A DNA stretch of 62,096 nt, filler included, from Vermamoeba vermiformis (Eukaryota): assembly GCA_045837725.1 (NCBI GenBank). It is 3 parts of 3 records of this genome, joined end to end, with 100 filler letters (N's around TTAATTAATTAA, not from the genome) between each part and the next. Parts side by side here need not be neighbours in the genome. Positions count along the whole stretch, not along the records: positions 1 to 31,452 come from JBEWZL010000111.1; 2 more parts are not named here. One strand, written 5' to 3'. This document shows positions 13,276 through 27,030 of this stretch, in pieces (the stretch's first letter is position 1; every line of letters starts with the position of its first letter). The notes below the pieces were generated by a model that was not told the origin of the DNA, searched no databases, and was given only the letters and a program-made list of their open reading frames with translations. Both the position numbers and the translations under genes were made by a program.

Positions 13276-15109
13276 TTACCACTTAGTCAAAGTCAATTTG
13301 AGATCTCCGACTCTATTAATAGCAGAGACTGATGGTGGGGGCGTGTGTGAACTGACACTGACTTTGAAATGTTGCATCAGCGTGGCAAGAAACACTGTCT
13401 GTTCCACAAGTGAAAACTGGTTACCAAGACTATCGCATCGCATGTTAGTACTAAAGTTATATTATAGGTGCCGAGTACTCACCATGCACGTGATTTCAAT
13501 GAGAATGGAAGAAAACTGAATGGAACTGTTGGTTTTGTAAAACGTTCTGGATCGAACTCCTGCGGTTCAGGCCAGAACTCGGGGTTATGATGGATAGCAT
13601 AAATATTCAATCCAATACGTGCCTATAATATCAAATTTCAAAAAATTATTCATAGATGGCTGCTTCTGTCACTTACGCCTTGCGGAATGACCATTCGTCC
13701 TTCAAACTCAGTATCGACTTTCATTTCACGACTAGGAATCCAAGCGACTGGTGGTTGAATGCGAAGATTTTCCTTAATAACGTTGCTCATGTATTTTAAC
13801 TGAAAAAAAAGTTAGCTTAAGATCCGATCCAATCAGATCTAGCGATCTGAAACGTACCTCGCTAATATTGTCTTGAGAGATAGGCTGTCCTTTAAGCACG
13901 CGATCAACTTCTTCTTTGAGTTTCTGTTGAATGTCAGGCAAAGTGGCTAAATGGTAGACCATCCAACCCAACGCGGTCGACGTAGTTTCGTGGCCAGCCA
14001 AGAACATGATAAATGCATTTGAGACGAGCTATTGTTACAAAAGTGTTATAGGTGGGACCTAGAATAACTATGCAAATTGATACGGACCTCTTTCTCTTTC
14101 CAAGTCGGATCATGAGCGTTCAACATGACGTCAATCAAGTCAAAATGCTCGCTGTCATTTTTCTTGACTTTGCGAGCCTAAGACAACATTATGAATATAG
14201 CGCATGTATAATAAGGTACACCTACATTAATAATATCAAGCATTGAGTTGTAGATGTAGTCGATAGAGTCATTAATTTTTTTGTTCAAGTTCAGGAACGG
14301 AAATTTTCGCTCGATCTGACGAAATAGTTAGTGACACGAGCATCGAGGTAAACACTTGCATTGACTTACGGCGCCCTTAATTAACATTTTAGGAGAAGCA
14401 GGCTTTCCAATAATATTATTCACGGCTTCCAAGTCCTCGCTTTCTTCACCTTTCATCGCATTGAAATTTCGACTCAGAACCGTCACGCCAAGCACGTCTA
14501 GTGTGAATAGAGGCAGCCAATGAATGGCATCTACGGGCTTATCGTAGATTTTATCCCACTGTTGCATAAGTTCAAGCGACAATTTGTAAAAGTCCGGGAT
14601 CCATTTCTTGACAGCGTCAAAATGGAATGGAGGCGACAAAACGTTTCGATATTGTCTTAAATAGTGGAAAAATTAGATAAATACGATAAATATGCTTATT
14701 AAAACTTGCCTCCATTGCTCTCCGTTCGCGAACACGATGTTGTCGCTGAAGATCTTTTCTGAATTTTTGTATGTAGTCAAAGTGGTCTTAGGAAAGTTTT
14801 CTGGATCATTTAATACGAACTAAAAGTGAGAAAATCAATAATTTGGTTAAAATTGAATCGAGTATTGAATTTTACCTTTGCGCTGTCGGGATGCGTAGCA
14901 AGAACAAAAGTAACCACGGGTGTGATAATTTTAGCAAATTTTTCTTTAGAATATTTACCAGTTTTAATAGGAATATCCTTCGCATCCGTAAAGAACTCCC
15001 GAAGCGAGATGCCGGGAATGGACGCGTATTTCTCAGCTACCTTCTGGAATTTAATATAGAAATATACAACTATTCCAGCGATAGAAGCTATTATAATATA
15101 TACAATCAT
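13276..15109 (-). CDS. Cytochrome P450, close paralog of 5623-7435
   Basis: AGHETT, ENLR, FDPERF and FSLKSRAC, with the same exon structure as the first P450. Confidence 0.93.
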
Positions 15110-15238
15110 CTTGATCACTAATTGCGAATTAATGAAAAAACCAAAAAAAATTAATTTATTGTTTTTCCGTCGTAATAAATTTACTTCCGCCTCATACAAA
15201 CGGAGCGAAAACTGGTCTATTTTATTAATTTGGATAAC

Positions 15239-17238
15239 TTATACGGTATTAAGCTCAACATATACTTCAGCAAAGTAACGCACGCTGACGCCGGAAAAGT
15301 CAGCCCTGACGCAATCAAGTGTCACCCATTTGAAGCGTTGTAATAATGCGCTGATGAATACGGTCTGTTCCACCAATGAGAATTGATTTCCGATGCTAAA
15401 AATATAAATGGGGTTAGTTTAGTGTATCAAACGGCAAATGTGTCATAAGATTTGATCGGGCTATTATTATACGATCTTCTCATTGCAGTATTGTAAGCGA
15501 TAGGTATATCGGTATATATAATAAGGAAATGAAATTGTTAGGTAAAATTCCGTAGATCCGGAGATAGAACTGAAAAAATTTCGTTGAACGTACCAGGCAC
15601 GAGATTTCATTCCAAAAGGCAAGTACGCAAATGGATGTCTCTTTGTAGCGTTTTCAGACTTTAAGAACCGTTCTGGATCGAATTTCTCCGGTTCTGGCCA
15701 ATATTTTGGGTTCATGTGGACACCGTACGGACTGAGCCAAATCATGGTCTAAAATAGACATTAGTAAGCATATGACTATGACAACTATGCCTATATTTAG
15801 TCACATACGCCTTTCTTAACCGTCAGGCCGTTGATTTCCGTGTCTTCATTCGCTATTCTCGTCGGAATAATGCCCACAACAGTGTCGTATCGCATGGATT
15901 CTTTGAGTGTTGCAGTAACATACGGCAACTTTGAAACGCATCGTTAATGACTCTAAAGGTATTACTATATATGGTAGTGCTTACCAATCGCAAATCTTCG
16001 GCTGTCATTGTTCGGCCTTGCAAGACTGTTTTGACTTCGTCACGGCACTTTTGTTGGATTTCAGTGAACTGTCCCAAGTGTTTCATGAAAAAGGTCAGTG
16101 ACGTAGCTGTTGTCTCGAACCCCGCCAAGAATATGCTGACTATATTAGCGATGAGCTATAAATAGAAACGTCAGTTCGGATCCGAAAAGTGGTTGGTGGA
16201 CAACAGATCCGTACCTCATCTTCGGTGAAGTTTGAAGGACTTGTTAACATGACATCGATGACACTTTGAGTAGGTTCGCTGTTTTGCAATTCTTTTCTGC
16301 GGTTATCGATCATCGCGGTAAAATATTGCAACAATTCTTCGCACTTTCTTTTCGTAGCAAACGCTAAGTTGTAACCGGTCAAATTTTCAATCTAAGCATT
16401 TTAAATTAATAAAAATGTTATATGAATATATAATCGTGCTTTTCCAGCGATAAATTGCCCAGGGCTCGTAAGACCAGCGATTAATTCGGTAACCATATCA
16501 GCAGTTTTATCTTCTTTGCCTTTTAACGCATCAAAATTCGTATGAAATACAGTATGACCTATAATATTAACTATTAGTATTAATTCATGGAAATATTGAA
16601 TTTTAACCTAGCGCATCTATTGTCAGTCTCGTTAATAAAGGAACAATATCAAATCGTTGGCCTAGATGTTTGCTCATTTCCGTTAAAAATATGTCGTCTA
16701 GCTCGTTGAAGAAAGGAATCCATTTCTTAATGACGTCGAAGTGGAAGTGATGGCTCAGTGATTCGCGGTAACGGCTGTGGATCCGACGCGAAATTTCAGA
16801 ATTTGAAAATTAAAATAATTAGAGCAATACGTACCGCCATGGCGTTCCATTCTCACTGACTATCGATGGAATAAATACCTTCTTAAGAATTTTTGTTGCC
16901 GGAAGTGGAGCTTTGATAAAAAGCTCGGGATCCGATAAAATGATCTAAAATTCAGCGCTTAGTATCCGTTTATAAAGCTTTAATGGCTTAAATCTTACCT
17001 TGACGTCATCAGGTTCTTTGAGGATAATAGCGGTTTGTCCAGGAAGGCCGAGTTGAATGAATCTGGATTTGCTGCTCTTGATCCTCGCGTAAAGCCAATG
17101 CAACTTGCCTTTGTTTAAGAGGAATTCGAACAAAGAGATATTTTCTAAGAAATCAGAGGCATACTTATGAGATTTAGCTCGTATAACAAGCAATCCCAAG
17201 ACCGCTATAAGAACAAATATAACTATTAGCAGATTCAT
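15239..17238 (-). CDS. Cytochrome P450 (more divergent paralog)
   Basis: TM anchor, AGFETT, ESMR, FDPERF and FGMKSRAC. Confidence 0.92.
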
Positions 17239-17532
17239 TCTCAGAAGGAGTGGATCTGACGTTGGATTGTGCTATTATGCTTATATAAAGCATGCAAAAT
17301 GAGAGAATAAGATATTAAGTTCGGTTAATTGGTCGCATAATTTTTGTAACAGCCTATAATTAGCTCAGCTCGATAAATTCGGCTTGCTAACTGTTCAAAA
17401 ACAAACTTTAGCACAAAAAATCATTAAGTACCTAAACAGCGCATAGAAATATCGATGTTTCTTTTTGGATCCTTCTTTGCTTTCGCAACGAAAAAGTTTG
17501 GATTTGAACTAAAGCGAAATTTTGGATTTTAA

Positions 17533-17830
17533 ATGGCGTAAGGAGCGATTAATAATGCAACCAGAAAGAATTTTGTTTAATAAGAAATTCAGTACTTACA
17601 AGCCGAAGAAAGAAGAAGACCCGCTGAAGGAATTAGTTTTAGAATGCGAATTCCCGCCGCCAAATCCAGTCAAGTACTGGGACCTGTCTAATTGTAATCG
17701 ATTAATTACATATGGATATTGCGGATACGGAGATAATTGTAGATGGCGACACCCACCCATGGAAGAATTGATCGAGATTTGGAAAGCGAAAGATGCACAG
17801 CAGAAGCCAAACATCGTGGAAAATAGCTGA
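17533..17830 (+). CDS. Small CCCH zinc-finger protein (copy 1; start uncertain)
   Basis: CNRLITYGYCGYGDNCRWRHP matches C-x8-C-x5-C-x3-H. Confidence 0.75.
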
Positions 17831-17971
17831 TTAAGCAATAAATAATATACAACACTTTAAAACAACAAAGATGTAAAATCCGCATAAATTTTGTACAAAA
17901 TCGAAAATTTGTAAATGATGGCACTTGCCTGTCATAAAGTTCAGAATTCTAAATCTTCAAACCAAATCGCG

Positions 17972-18235
17972 ATGAACTCACTCACCCCTCAACGCACCCA
18001 ATTTACTAACACCCTAATTAAAGAAGAAGAACCGCTGAAGGAATTAGTTTTAGAATGCGAATTCCCACCGTCACCGCCAAATCCAGTCAAGGTTATTATC
18101 CCATCTAATTGCAATCCATTAGTTACATATGGATATTGTCGATTCGGAGATAAATGTAGATGGCGACACCCGCCCATGGAAGAATTGATCGAGATTTGGA
18201 AAGTGAGAGATAAACAGCAGAAGCCAAACAAATAG
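17972..18235 (+). CDS. Small CCCH zinc-finger protein (copy 2)
   Basis: CNPLVTYGYCRFGDKCRWRHP. Tandem duplicate of copy 1, including 3' flank similarity. Confidence 0.75.
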   Translation: MNSLTPQRTQFTNTLIKEEEPLKELVLECEFPPSPPNPVKVIIPSNCNPLVTYGYCRFGDKCRWRHPPMEELIEIWKVRDKQQKPNK

Positions 18236-18383
18236 CTGATTAAGCCAAAAATAATATACAATAATTAAAAACAAGAATGATGTAAAAATATCTGCCCACA
18301 TAAATTTGTAAAATAAAAAAATCTATTTTGTTTGTGTTTGTTGGATTTGACCATAAGTCGCTAATTATATTACATACCTTACA

Positions 18384-20086
18384 ATGGACGTTCAAAGTTT
18401 GTTCTCAGTTAAAGGCAAAGTCGCTTTGATTACTGGTGGAAGTCGTGGCTTGGGATTGGCGGTAAGATTTCAAACTGAAGTTACGCTGCGCACCATCGTA
18501 CAAACTTATTAAATATATTAATATATACATGTTCATTAGTGTTCGCTATTAGTATTGTTGTGCCTTGTAAATATTTAACGGTCAAATTGTTTTTATTTCA
18601 ATTACGGAAATTTTTGGGCTGCAATCAGAAATTAACAATAAGGACTGTATTATATAGAAATAATATTACTATTTATTTTGAACAATATAATCTCGCATTT
18701 GTAATTTTGGTATTTTTTATTTTACCCAAGATCCAAAATTTTGTTGCCTCAAGATCCGGTGCTTACTTACTAATGTTATTATTATATAGATGGCCGAAGC
18801 ACTCGTAACTAATGGAGCTAAAGTGTACATTAGCTCTCGTAAAGCCAGTGAATGCGAATCCGCTGTAAAAACTTTGGACAAGATCGGTAAATATCAATAA
18901 CAATGAATAATTTGCTATATCAGAATATCAAAATACATTCAAATATACTAATTAAACAATATATTATAGTCCCTGGTCAAGCTAAGGCATTGCCAGCGGA
19001 TGTGTCGACCGAAGAAGGATGCAAGAAACTTGCCGAAGACTTAAAAAAACACGAAAACAAGCTTGATTTCTTAATTAACAATGCAGGTATGTTATGTTAA
19101 TATTATATATGGTAATATATTCTCGATCGTTTATCTGATCTGAAATTTTTAGGCGCTACATGGGGAGCTGATTTCTTTTCTTATCCAAATGAAGCTTGGG
19201 ACAAAATCCACGCTATTAACGTTAAGGTAATTATTATATAAACCTATTTAATAATTAAATATCAATATTACGTGATTGGAACTGGAATCCGGATTTAGTT
19301 CCGGATGTGGATCTTGAATTAAGCACAAAATTATTAAAAACGATACAGTATTTTTATTAGCGCCATTAATTTATCATAATTAATCATATCGATCTAATTA
19401 TTGGAGCTCTAATCTAAGAGGGAATTTTTTACGTGATGGATCCAACTGACAGGTGTCACATTTAGGCCATTTTCTTCTTGACACGTGAGTGCCACGCACT
19501 GCTCAAGGCAGCAGGTACGCCAGAAGACCCCGCCCGCGTGATCAACACGAGTTCAGTGGCTGGATTGGGCGTGACTGAAGCGTGGGTCATTGCGTACGCC
19601 GCGAGCAAATCAGCGGTCAATCAAGTCACCAGAATTTTGGCCAGACATTTAGGAAACGATAATATTGCTGTCAATGCTATTGCCCCGGGCATGTTCCCCA
19701 CAAAAATGTCAAAGGTAAGTCTACTTCTCAAATTTTCTTTCTCAGATCTGAGAACTAAATTTCGGATCCGCTCCAATTTTTTTTTTCGGAAAAGTTGATT
19801 TAAATGAAATAATTATTAGAGGGGTAGGAACTAATGTATTATATAACTTAGGGTATTATTGAAATGACTGGCGAGCGATACAAAGATTCAACAGTCTTCA
19901 AGCGTTACGGCCATCCGAATGACATTGCAGGTGTGACTTTGTATTTATGTTCCAAGGTACGTGCTTGATCTTAACTTATATATGTATTATTTTTATTAAT
20001 GAATGGTAATATAGGCTTCTGCTTACGTTACTGGTATTGTCATCCCAGTTGACGGCGGATCTTTGGTAGCTACTGCAAATTTGTAA
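18384..20086 (+). CDS. Short-chain dehydrogenase/reductase
   Basis: TGGSRGLG, NNAG, YAASK, VNAIAPG and VDGG motifs over about 7 exons. Confidence 0.93.
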
Positions 20087-20288
20087 GTTAGTCGTATCCA
20101 TACTGTAGCTTAAATGTTAATAATAAATCACAAATTTACTATGGCTGCTTGTTGTTGGTAGCTCCGTTATTAAAGTCTTCGTTGGTAGAAAAAAAACTAG
20201 TATTCCTTGCGGATGTTGTTGAAACTGTTTCAAAAGTTAAAAAAACATTTATTTTATTAGCTTGCTGATTATCAGATAAGCAATAATC

Positions 20289-23200
20289 TTAATTCATATA
20301 AACTTCCATGCGCAACAACTTTGAGTGCGTATCGCCGGGCATTCTGAACTGGATCATGCCCGAAAACATGATCAACGCACGTGCTTCAGTTTTCAATCGT
20401 TCCAAGAACTATAAAAGCATTAAAATTAATATATAACCATATCATAGTTTCAAGACTGGCAGTCTTAATAAAAATTAACTGGAGTGATTATTCAGGAATG
20501 TTTAGTAAGGTATATTTTGTTACCTGAACGCGGCTAGGATCAACAGCGGCTTCAGCTTTGACGTTCGTATAAATCTTAAATAGGCAAGTCATCGTTGCGA
20601 GCAAAATTTCTGCAAAGTTTCGTCTGATGGACTCGCTCAATGTCTTAAAGTTATTGACCTTATCTTCCAATTCTTTCGTATTGAAAGGAATAATATTCAA
20701 TGACTTGATCAACTATGGCATGAAAATATTAAAATTAGCAAATTTACTAAATTAGGAAATAAAATTTTGTTGTACGTACCTCACTGGCCTCGTAGTATCT
20801 TCCATTGTTGTAATAATCGAAGAAAGCTAACAAAGCCTTGAGTTGCTTAAAAGTAATCATATTATGCTCGTCAATCTTGTTCATCATTTCTGGGCGCGCC
20901 TGTGAAAAAAATTTTTCGGATCAGATCCGGATCTTGTACCAATATTTTCGGTCTTAGTGATAGTCATATTATATACATACCAATTCACGTTTGTACTTCT
21001 CGACGAGGACATTTGAAAGCTCGATCAATTTGCTGCGTTCGAGAGCTGTGGTGTTGCCCAAATTGCTCAAATCATCGCTGGAGACCAACACGCGACCCAA
21101 ACACTTGTTCATGAGCAACATCACCTTATCGTAGTGCTGTATAATAATTGATATTAGGACCGAATGTAGGGATTAATGGTAGTAGCCGGCAGGTACGTTA
21201 AAGCACGTGCTATAAAATTTCCAAAAAAGGAAATGCAGTCTGTACGAACCTGCGACAAGTCATAGAGTTTAATCGCTTCTTCGTATTTGCCGTTGTTTTC
21301 ACTGTCATTTGCAGCCAATTCGACAATATGTTGCCATTGTTCACGGCTGACAAACTTCTCCAAATCACCTTCAGCGCGAGATCCATCTGGCTGAGTACGG
21401 CCCAACAAAGTATCGAAATCTCCCGTAGTCAATACGAGATCTTTAATAGCATGATTTCTACGAAAAAAAGTTAATTTTGAGCTCAGGATAGTTTAAGTCC
21501 TAAAGAGGAAATTTCCATTTTTGGTAAATCATAATACTTACCTGATTGCCTCGTCTTGAATAAGGAACAAATAGTGCAGTGCGGCAAGTGAATCAGTGAC
21601 CATAAAACTCTTCACGTACTGCGTCAACAACTTGATGAAATTGCAGTACGGCAATCTGTTGTTTTCACCGAACACTATGACGGAAGTTAGGACATAATTT
21701 CCTTATTTGGCAATTCTATCGATGTTCACTTACAAGGCGATGCAACTGTTGGCGGCTGTCGCAAAATTCCGTAGTAATAGAGGCAATGCGCGAAATGAAG
21801 ATTTTCAACGAAGAATTGACCGGTGCTTTCGAGGTATTGAATGGCCTAAAAATAGCATCAAATTAGCACTACTCCATCAAGTATCAAGATTTCCTTATTT
21901 GGAAACCAAAATAAATTTCAACGGTCAGATCAATATTTTTTGGGTTCGGAAAAGATTCTGGTCCTATTTCCTTTTAAGGCAAGTGTCTTTTGTACTTACG
22001 ACTTCAAATTGCTGCGTCAACAACAAGATCTGGAAGTACAACAGCGGATGTTGTCCGTCCTTGTTGAAGTGAGCAGGGCCGTACTCGCGCAACAACGATT
22101 GAAGGCGCGGCAGTGACAGCACTGAGACTGCGGGGGCTACTTCTTCGACTGAAGTGATCATATTCAACTGTGAATAGGAGGATTGATTAGCACATTTCTA
22201 GACGATATAAATACAACCGTTGTTTAGGAATAAATTTCATAGTGCTCAGAAGAAGCGGAAAAAAATTTGTTCACTGAACGAAGAAAATACAAATTTGGTG
22301 GAAAAATATTTGCGACGCGTGAAAGTTTTGCAATATAATTTTGGTATTTGGGCTTTGATAAAAAAATATTATATGGCAAGGGTCCTTATTTTATGCTTTT
22401 TTCCTTATATTACGTACCTTGAACCACATAAAATCTTGAGTCGTCCATCGTCTAATAGCGTTGTACGACTTGGTGGCATCACAACGACCGAGCAAATTGA
22501 ACACGATCGATTTGTACGGATCTTGATCGTTTCTCAACTGTCTGTATTCTTGCAATATTTGCACTGCAATCTGATCGGGCAATTTTCTGTCGCGATTGTC
22601 CGTGTACGATTTCATGTACGTCACAAAGTTCGCGAGCACTGGTACTGACGCGGCGTATTGAATAGCTGCGTTCAAATCTCCGCATCGAATGCAGTAGTAG
22701 ATCACTGCCCACATGGGATAACCGTCAGGTGATTTCTAAATTAGGAAATAAATGTTAGGCGAACGGTCAAAAAATATTTGCAATGGTATTACTTAAATGT
22801 TAAAGTATAAGCGGTAATATACGTATTATTATAACATATATTATTAATATCGGGGATCAATTTGTTCAAAAAAATGTCCGTGAAAAAATTTTGGATGTGG
22901 GATCAAGTACCTCGTATTCATCAGGGAAGGGCTGTGTAGGAATATTAAACAATATGTTCAAGTAGCCCTTGACGAACGCAATCGTTGTCGGACGACCTCC
23001 GAGCTGTGCCTTTTGCAGATTGTTCTTGGTCATGGTCTGAATGATGTTGTTGTACTGCTCTTCCAAAAAGTCACGTGCGCCTTTCAAGAAATATCTTTTC
23101 ACTTCACTCGGATTAACTTTTAAGTCTTGCTCGAAATCTCGCTCGTTGCGGCTCGGCGATCGTCTGTATTGCCAAATATGGTCAATAAATGAATTTTTGC

Positions 23201-24641
23201 AAACTTTTTTCACGCATCGATATGCCGGTTAAAAGTTCGATTTTTGTTGTAATGATTTCCTTTTATGGTAAGTGATACTTACGTAATAGTGCCGTCAGGC
23301 AAAACACCTCCTTCGCCGATCATTTTTCGCAGCAGATCAAAACAGTCAATCAACTCCAACTTGCGTTGCTAAAAAACGAACAAATTAATAAAATTGATAA
23401 AAAAATATCCGTAATAAACCGAGCAAATCAGAAATTGCAATTAAAGTTAAAAGAAATTGACTGCGTTTGTAAGATCTCAAGATCCAAAATTGTAATCGTT
23501 AAGTCAATTGAGAGTAGTATATTATACGCACCATATTCTTATCTTCAAAATTTTTAGCGACATCTAGCAATCGAGTAGCAAGGCCGAAAGGTTTCTTTTG
23601 CAGTCTGAAGTTGTTCAAGTCGCAAATAACCTTGGCGTAGTGCAACATTTTCATGTCCATTGAGGTTTGGAAATTTACTAAATTAAAGTCCGTTAATAAA
23701 ATTGATAAAATTATCGACTACAGCACGATAGAAAAAAATTATTGAGACGAAAGATCAATTTGCACCATAGTTATATTGAAAGTAATAGTACTATAGAGTA
23801 TAATACGCTATATTATATACCTTTGGGCTTCTCTTTTGTTTTTTGCAAGCCTTCCCAAGCAGGACCAGTCTGCGTTAACATTTCGATAATTTCGCGCTTT
23901 TTCTCTTCCCATTCGTCTTCCATACGTGAGATAAAATTCGAGTTATATTGTTCAATAGTCTATATACACAAATTATACGAGTGTTAGTTGGCCGCTAATG
24001 ACATGTAACGGAGATCGAGATCCGATCGAAAAAATAATTTTAAAAATAATGAAAAAATTCAATAATTATATTTTTGTTATAATTAATATTACCTCTTTCT
24101 TAGCTTCTTCAATTGCGCTCAATACAATCAATTCGTGTTCATGCTTCAAATAACTTTCGAGATCGGTCTCTGAGATCGATTCCAATGGTTCAAAAGTTGT
24201 TTTTAAATCGATAGAACTCAAATTCTGAGTTAATTTTTCAGTATCAAAGCCTTGGCGGGCCAATAGTATTTGTCTGTAATAAAATAATGTTAGTAACGCT
24301 GATATTTTTTTTCATCTGATCCTTCAGCCTCAATAAAATTACTATAATTATTTAGATATTATTAGCATAAATTAAACATTTGTTTATTAAGAATTATTAG
24401 GGAGACAGACCAGAAAAAAATATGCGCGCGATCTTCAACATTTAAATTTTTCGAGCATAATGGGGACTTACGCTTTGGGGTGTGATTTTTTCTCTTCTTG
24501 GCTGACTTTTTGAACTAAATTCCTCGAAGCTTCATCGATCTGTTCAATATTTCGTTGGATGAGGAATCCTTGATCTTGGAACTGAGTCGTGAGCTGCTTG
24601 GATTGTTCCAATAGCTTATTAAAATTGACTTTTTTGGACAT
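20289..24641 (-). CDS. NUP93: Nucleoporin Nup93/Nic96
   Basis: TTFEPLESISETDLESYLKHEHE, WAVIYYCIRCG, DPYK, QDFMWFK and YFQILLLTQQFE motifs. Confidence 0.93.
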
Positions 24642-25059
24642 TATTTATGCTGGTACTACGCAGGGTAATAATAATGGACCGTTGTGGTGTTGGCTGAAAA
24701 GATCTGCGGACGAATAAAATTGCAGTGTCCTAATTATTTAAACAATACAATAGAAATGAGACAAATAGTGCACATGTATCATAAAATTGTTTACAGGTTC
24801 CAAATCGATTCAGAAAAAGCCAGCACTTGTTGACAACTTTTCGCGCACTTTTTTGATCTGCCGATCCAACGGTCTTTTTACTATCGACATCAGGTATAAA
24901 TTAATGAATTTTAATATAATTTGTTATAATTGGCTGATTTGTTGCCGTAGATAATATCTAAGCCGGAGATGTGCAGTAATTTCACTGAAAATTAATGTAG
25001 ACAACTCCGGAACAGTGTTTCTAGCGACTTTATGCGCCCATTTTATTATCACTAGCAAT

Positions 25060-26842
25060 ATGAATACATCAAACGTAAAATACACGCTGAAGCCTGGCAC
25101 TGTATTGATCTACCGTGAAGAAGGTACTTTCAAAAACCTTTAGCGCTTATAAATTACGCTGCGCACAACAATATAATCTTTACTTTTATTATTTACATTG
25201 TGCTATATGAAAAATAGCTATGAAAGCGTTAAAGCAAATGAATCTATTTATTGAAAATTGCGAAACTCCTTACACGCAAACTAACTTTTATTTGGTTCCT
25301 AGGCCGACTTAATTATAAGAACAATAAAAGCTCAGCTTGGACCGCGGATATTTCGTTTTGGATCACGCAAAAGGAGACTGATCGAGTCAAAATTTGGTTT
25401 AGAAGGTAATCAAGCTTGACCAATTCATTATAGCAGCGCATAATTGAACATGTATATTTAAATAATACTATTATACTATGTATTCAAATATTAATTTTTC
25501 ATTGTTCTATGCAGGATCAATCGAATTTTCTCAATAATTAATGGCCAGTTGATTGAACAAACCAAGCCGCGACAAAAGATCGGATATTTCTACTTAAAAG
25601 ATGATGGAGCAGTAGTTTACAACACTAAAATGGGTACGGACTTCGATCCACAAGAAATTTTTTCAGCCTTGGCTACGAATCCGACTTTAGAGTAAGTGCA
25701 TCATTAATAAGCGACTTCTAAGGACTATAAAGATGTATTAATAAGGGCATATTATATACAGAACGGAATGGAAAGTTACAAACACTCTTTTGGAAAAAGA
25801 ATTCGTGTACACTTTCAAAAGTTCGGATCAAGACATTTTATTGCTTGAATCGAGGGTAAGAATCCGATAAATAGCATATATGAAACATATTCTAATATAT
25901 CTGTAGTTTGAAGGCCCAATAGATCGGATCCACTTACGAACTTGTTCGCAAAAGATCAGATTCGACTTGAAGAAATGCTTGCCCGTCGAAATATCAAGCC
26001 AAATTAGCGAAGGATATCCAGTACCATCTACTAAAGAGTCATTAACCAAGCTTATCGATATAACAACGATTGATGAACAAACTTGTTTAGCGATCGAGAA
26101 AGAATTTCAACTTTGTCTGGATGCAACATTAGAATACGAAGTGTTTTGCAACAAATTGGATAAAATAAGCACTATTGTACAGACTTTGATCGATAAGGCC
26201 AAAGATATATTAGTTTCAACAAAAAAGAAGTTGGATTTGGATCTGACCAAAGAAATTCTCGACGGATTTACTCAAATGCACGAAGATAATATTGATCATA
26301 TGAAATGGGATTTCGCGGAAATAATAGAAACGAAAGGTATGGAATTAACGCCATGGCAATTACACTGCTTTGAAGATAAAGAAAAAATCGTAAATTCAGC
26401 AGACCTGCTTGGTAAGCCTTTAACTTTAATACCGCATTCAAATATTATTTATATTAATACAATTATAGGTAAAGTCGTTATACTAGATTTTTGGCATCGA
26501 GATTGCTCTTACTGCATAAAAATGATGCCGAGCATGAAAGCCATCGTCAATCAGTTTCAAACCGAGATTCAGCAAGATAAATTGGTAGTATATGGCGTAA
26601 ATACAGATGCTAAGCAAAGCGATGCAATCATAGTCCTAAACAATATGAAATTGAATTATCCGAATCTGATCGGATCCAAAAAATTCGCTACAAAGTGCTA
26701 CGTTCGTTCTTATCCAACGATATACGTCTTAAATAAGCAAGGCATAATCAAAGACGTGTATAAAGGCGCTCATGTCGATTTTGAGAACGAACTCTCAAAC
26801 TCGATCCGTGTATTGTTGCAGCATGAGGCAAACGAAGGATAA
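25060..26842 (+). CDS. TlpA/thioredoxin-fold protein with long N-terminal region (5' end uncertain)
   Basis: GKVVILDFWHRDCSYC (CxxC) and YVRSYPTIYVLNKQG in the last exon. Confidence 0.75.
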
Positions 26843-27030
26843 TAACTAACTTTGTACCACGAATGTACCATTATATTAAATACTAACTCTATTATTTTTT
26901 CTTGTATTCCAATTCCATTTTAATGAAGCTAGACCAGCAACAAATTTCGTCTGTTTAATAAAAATTCAAAAATTTACAATGTACAAGGGCTTATAATACA
27001 CTTCTAGGTACAATAGTTGACCAGCTACTA

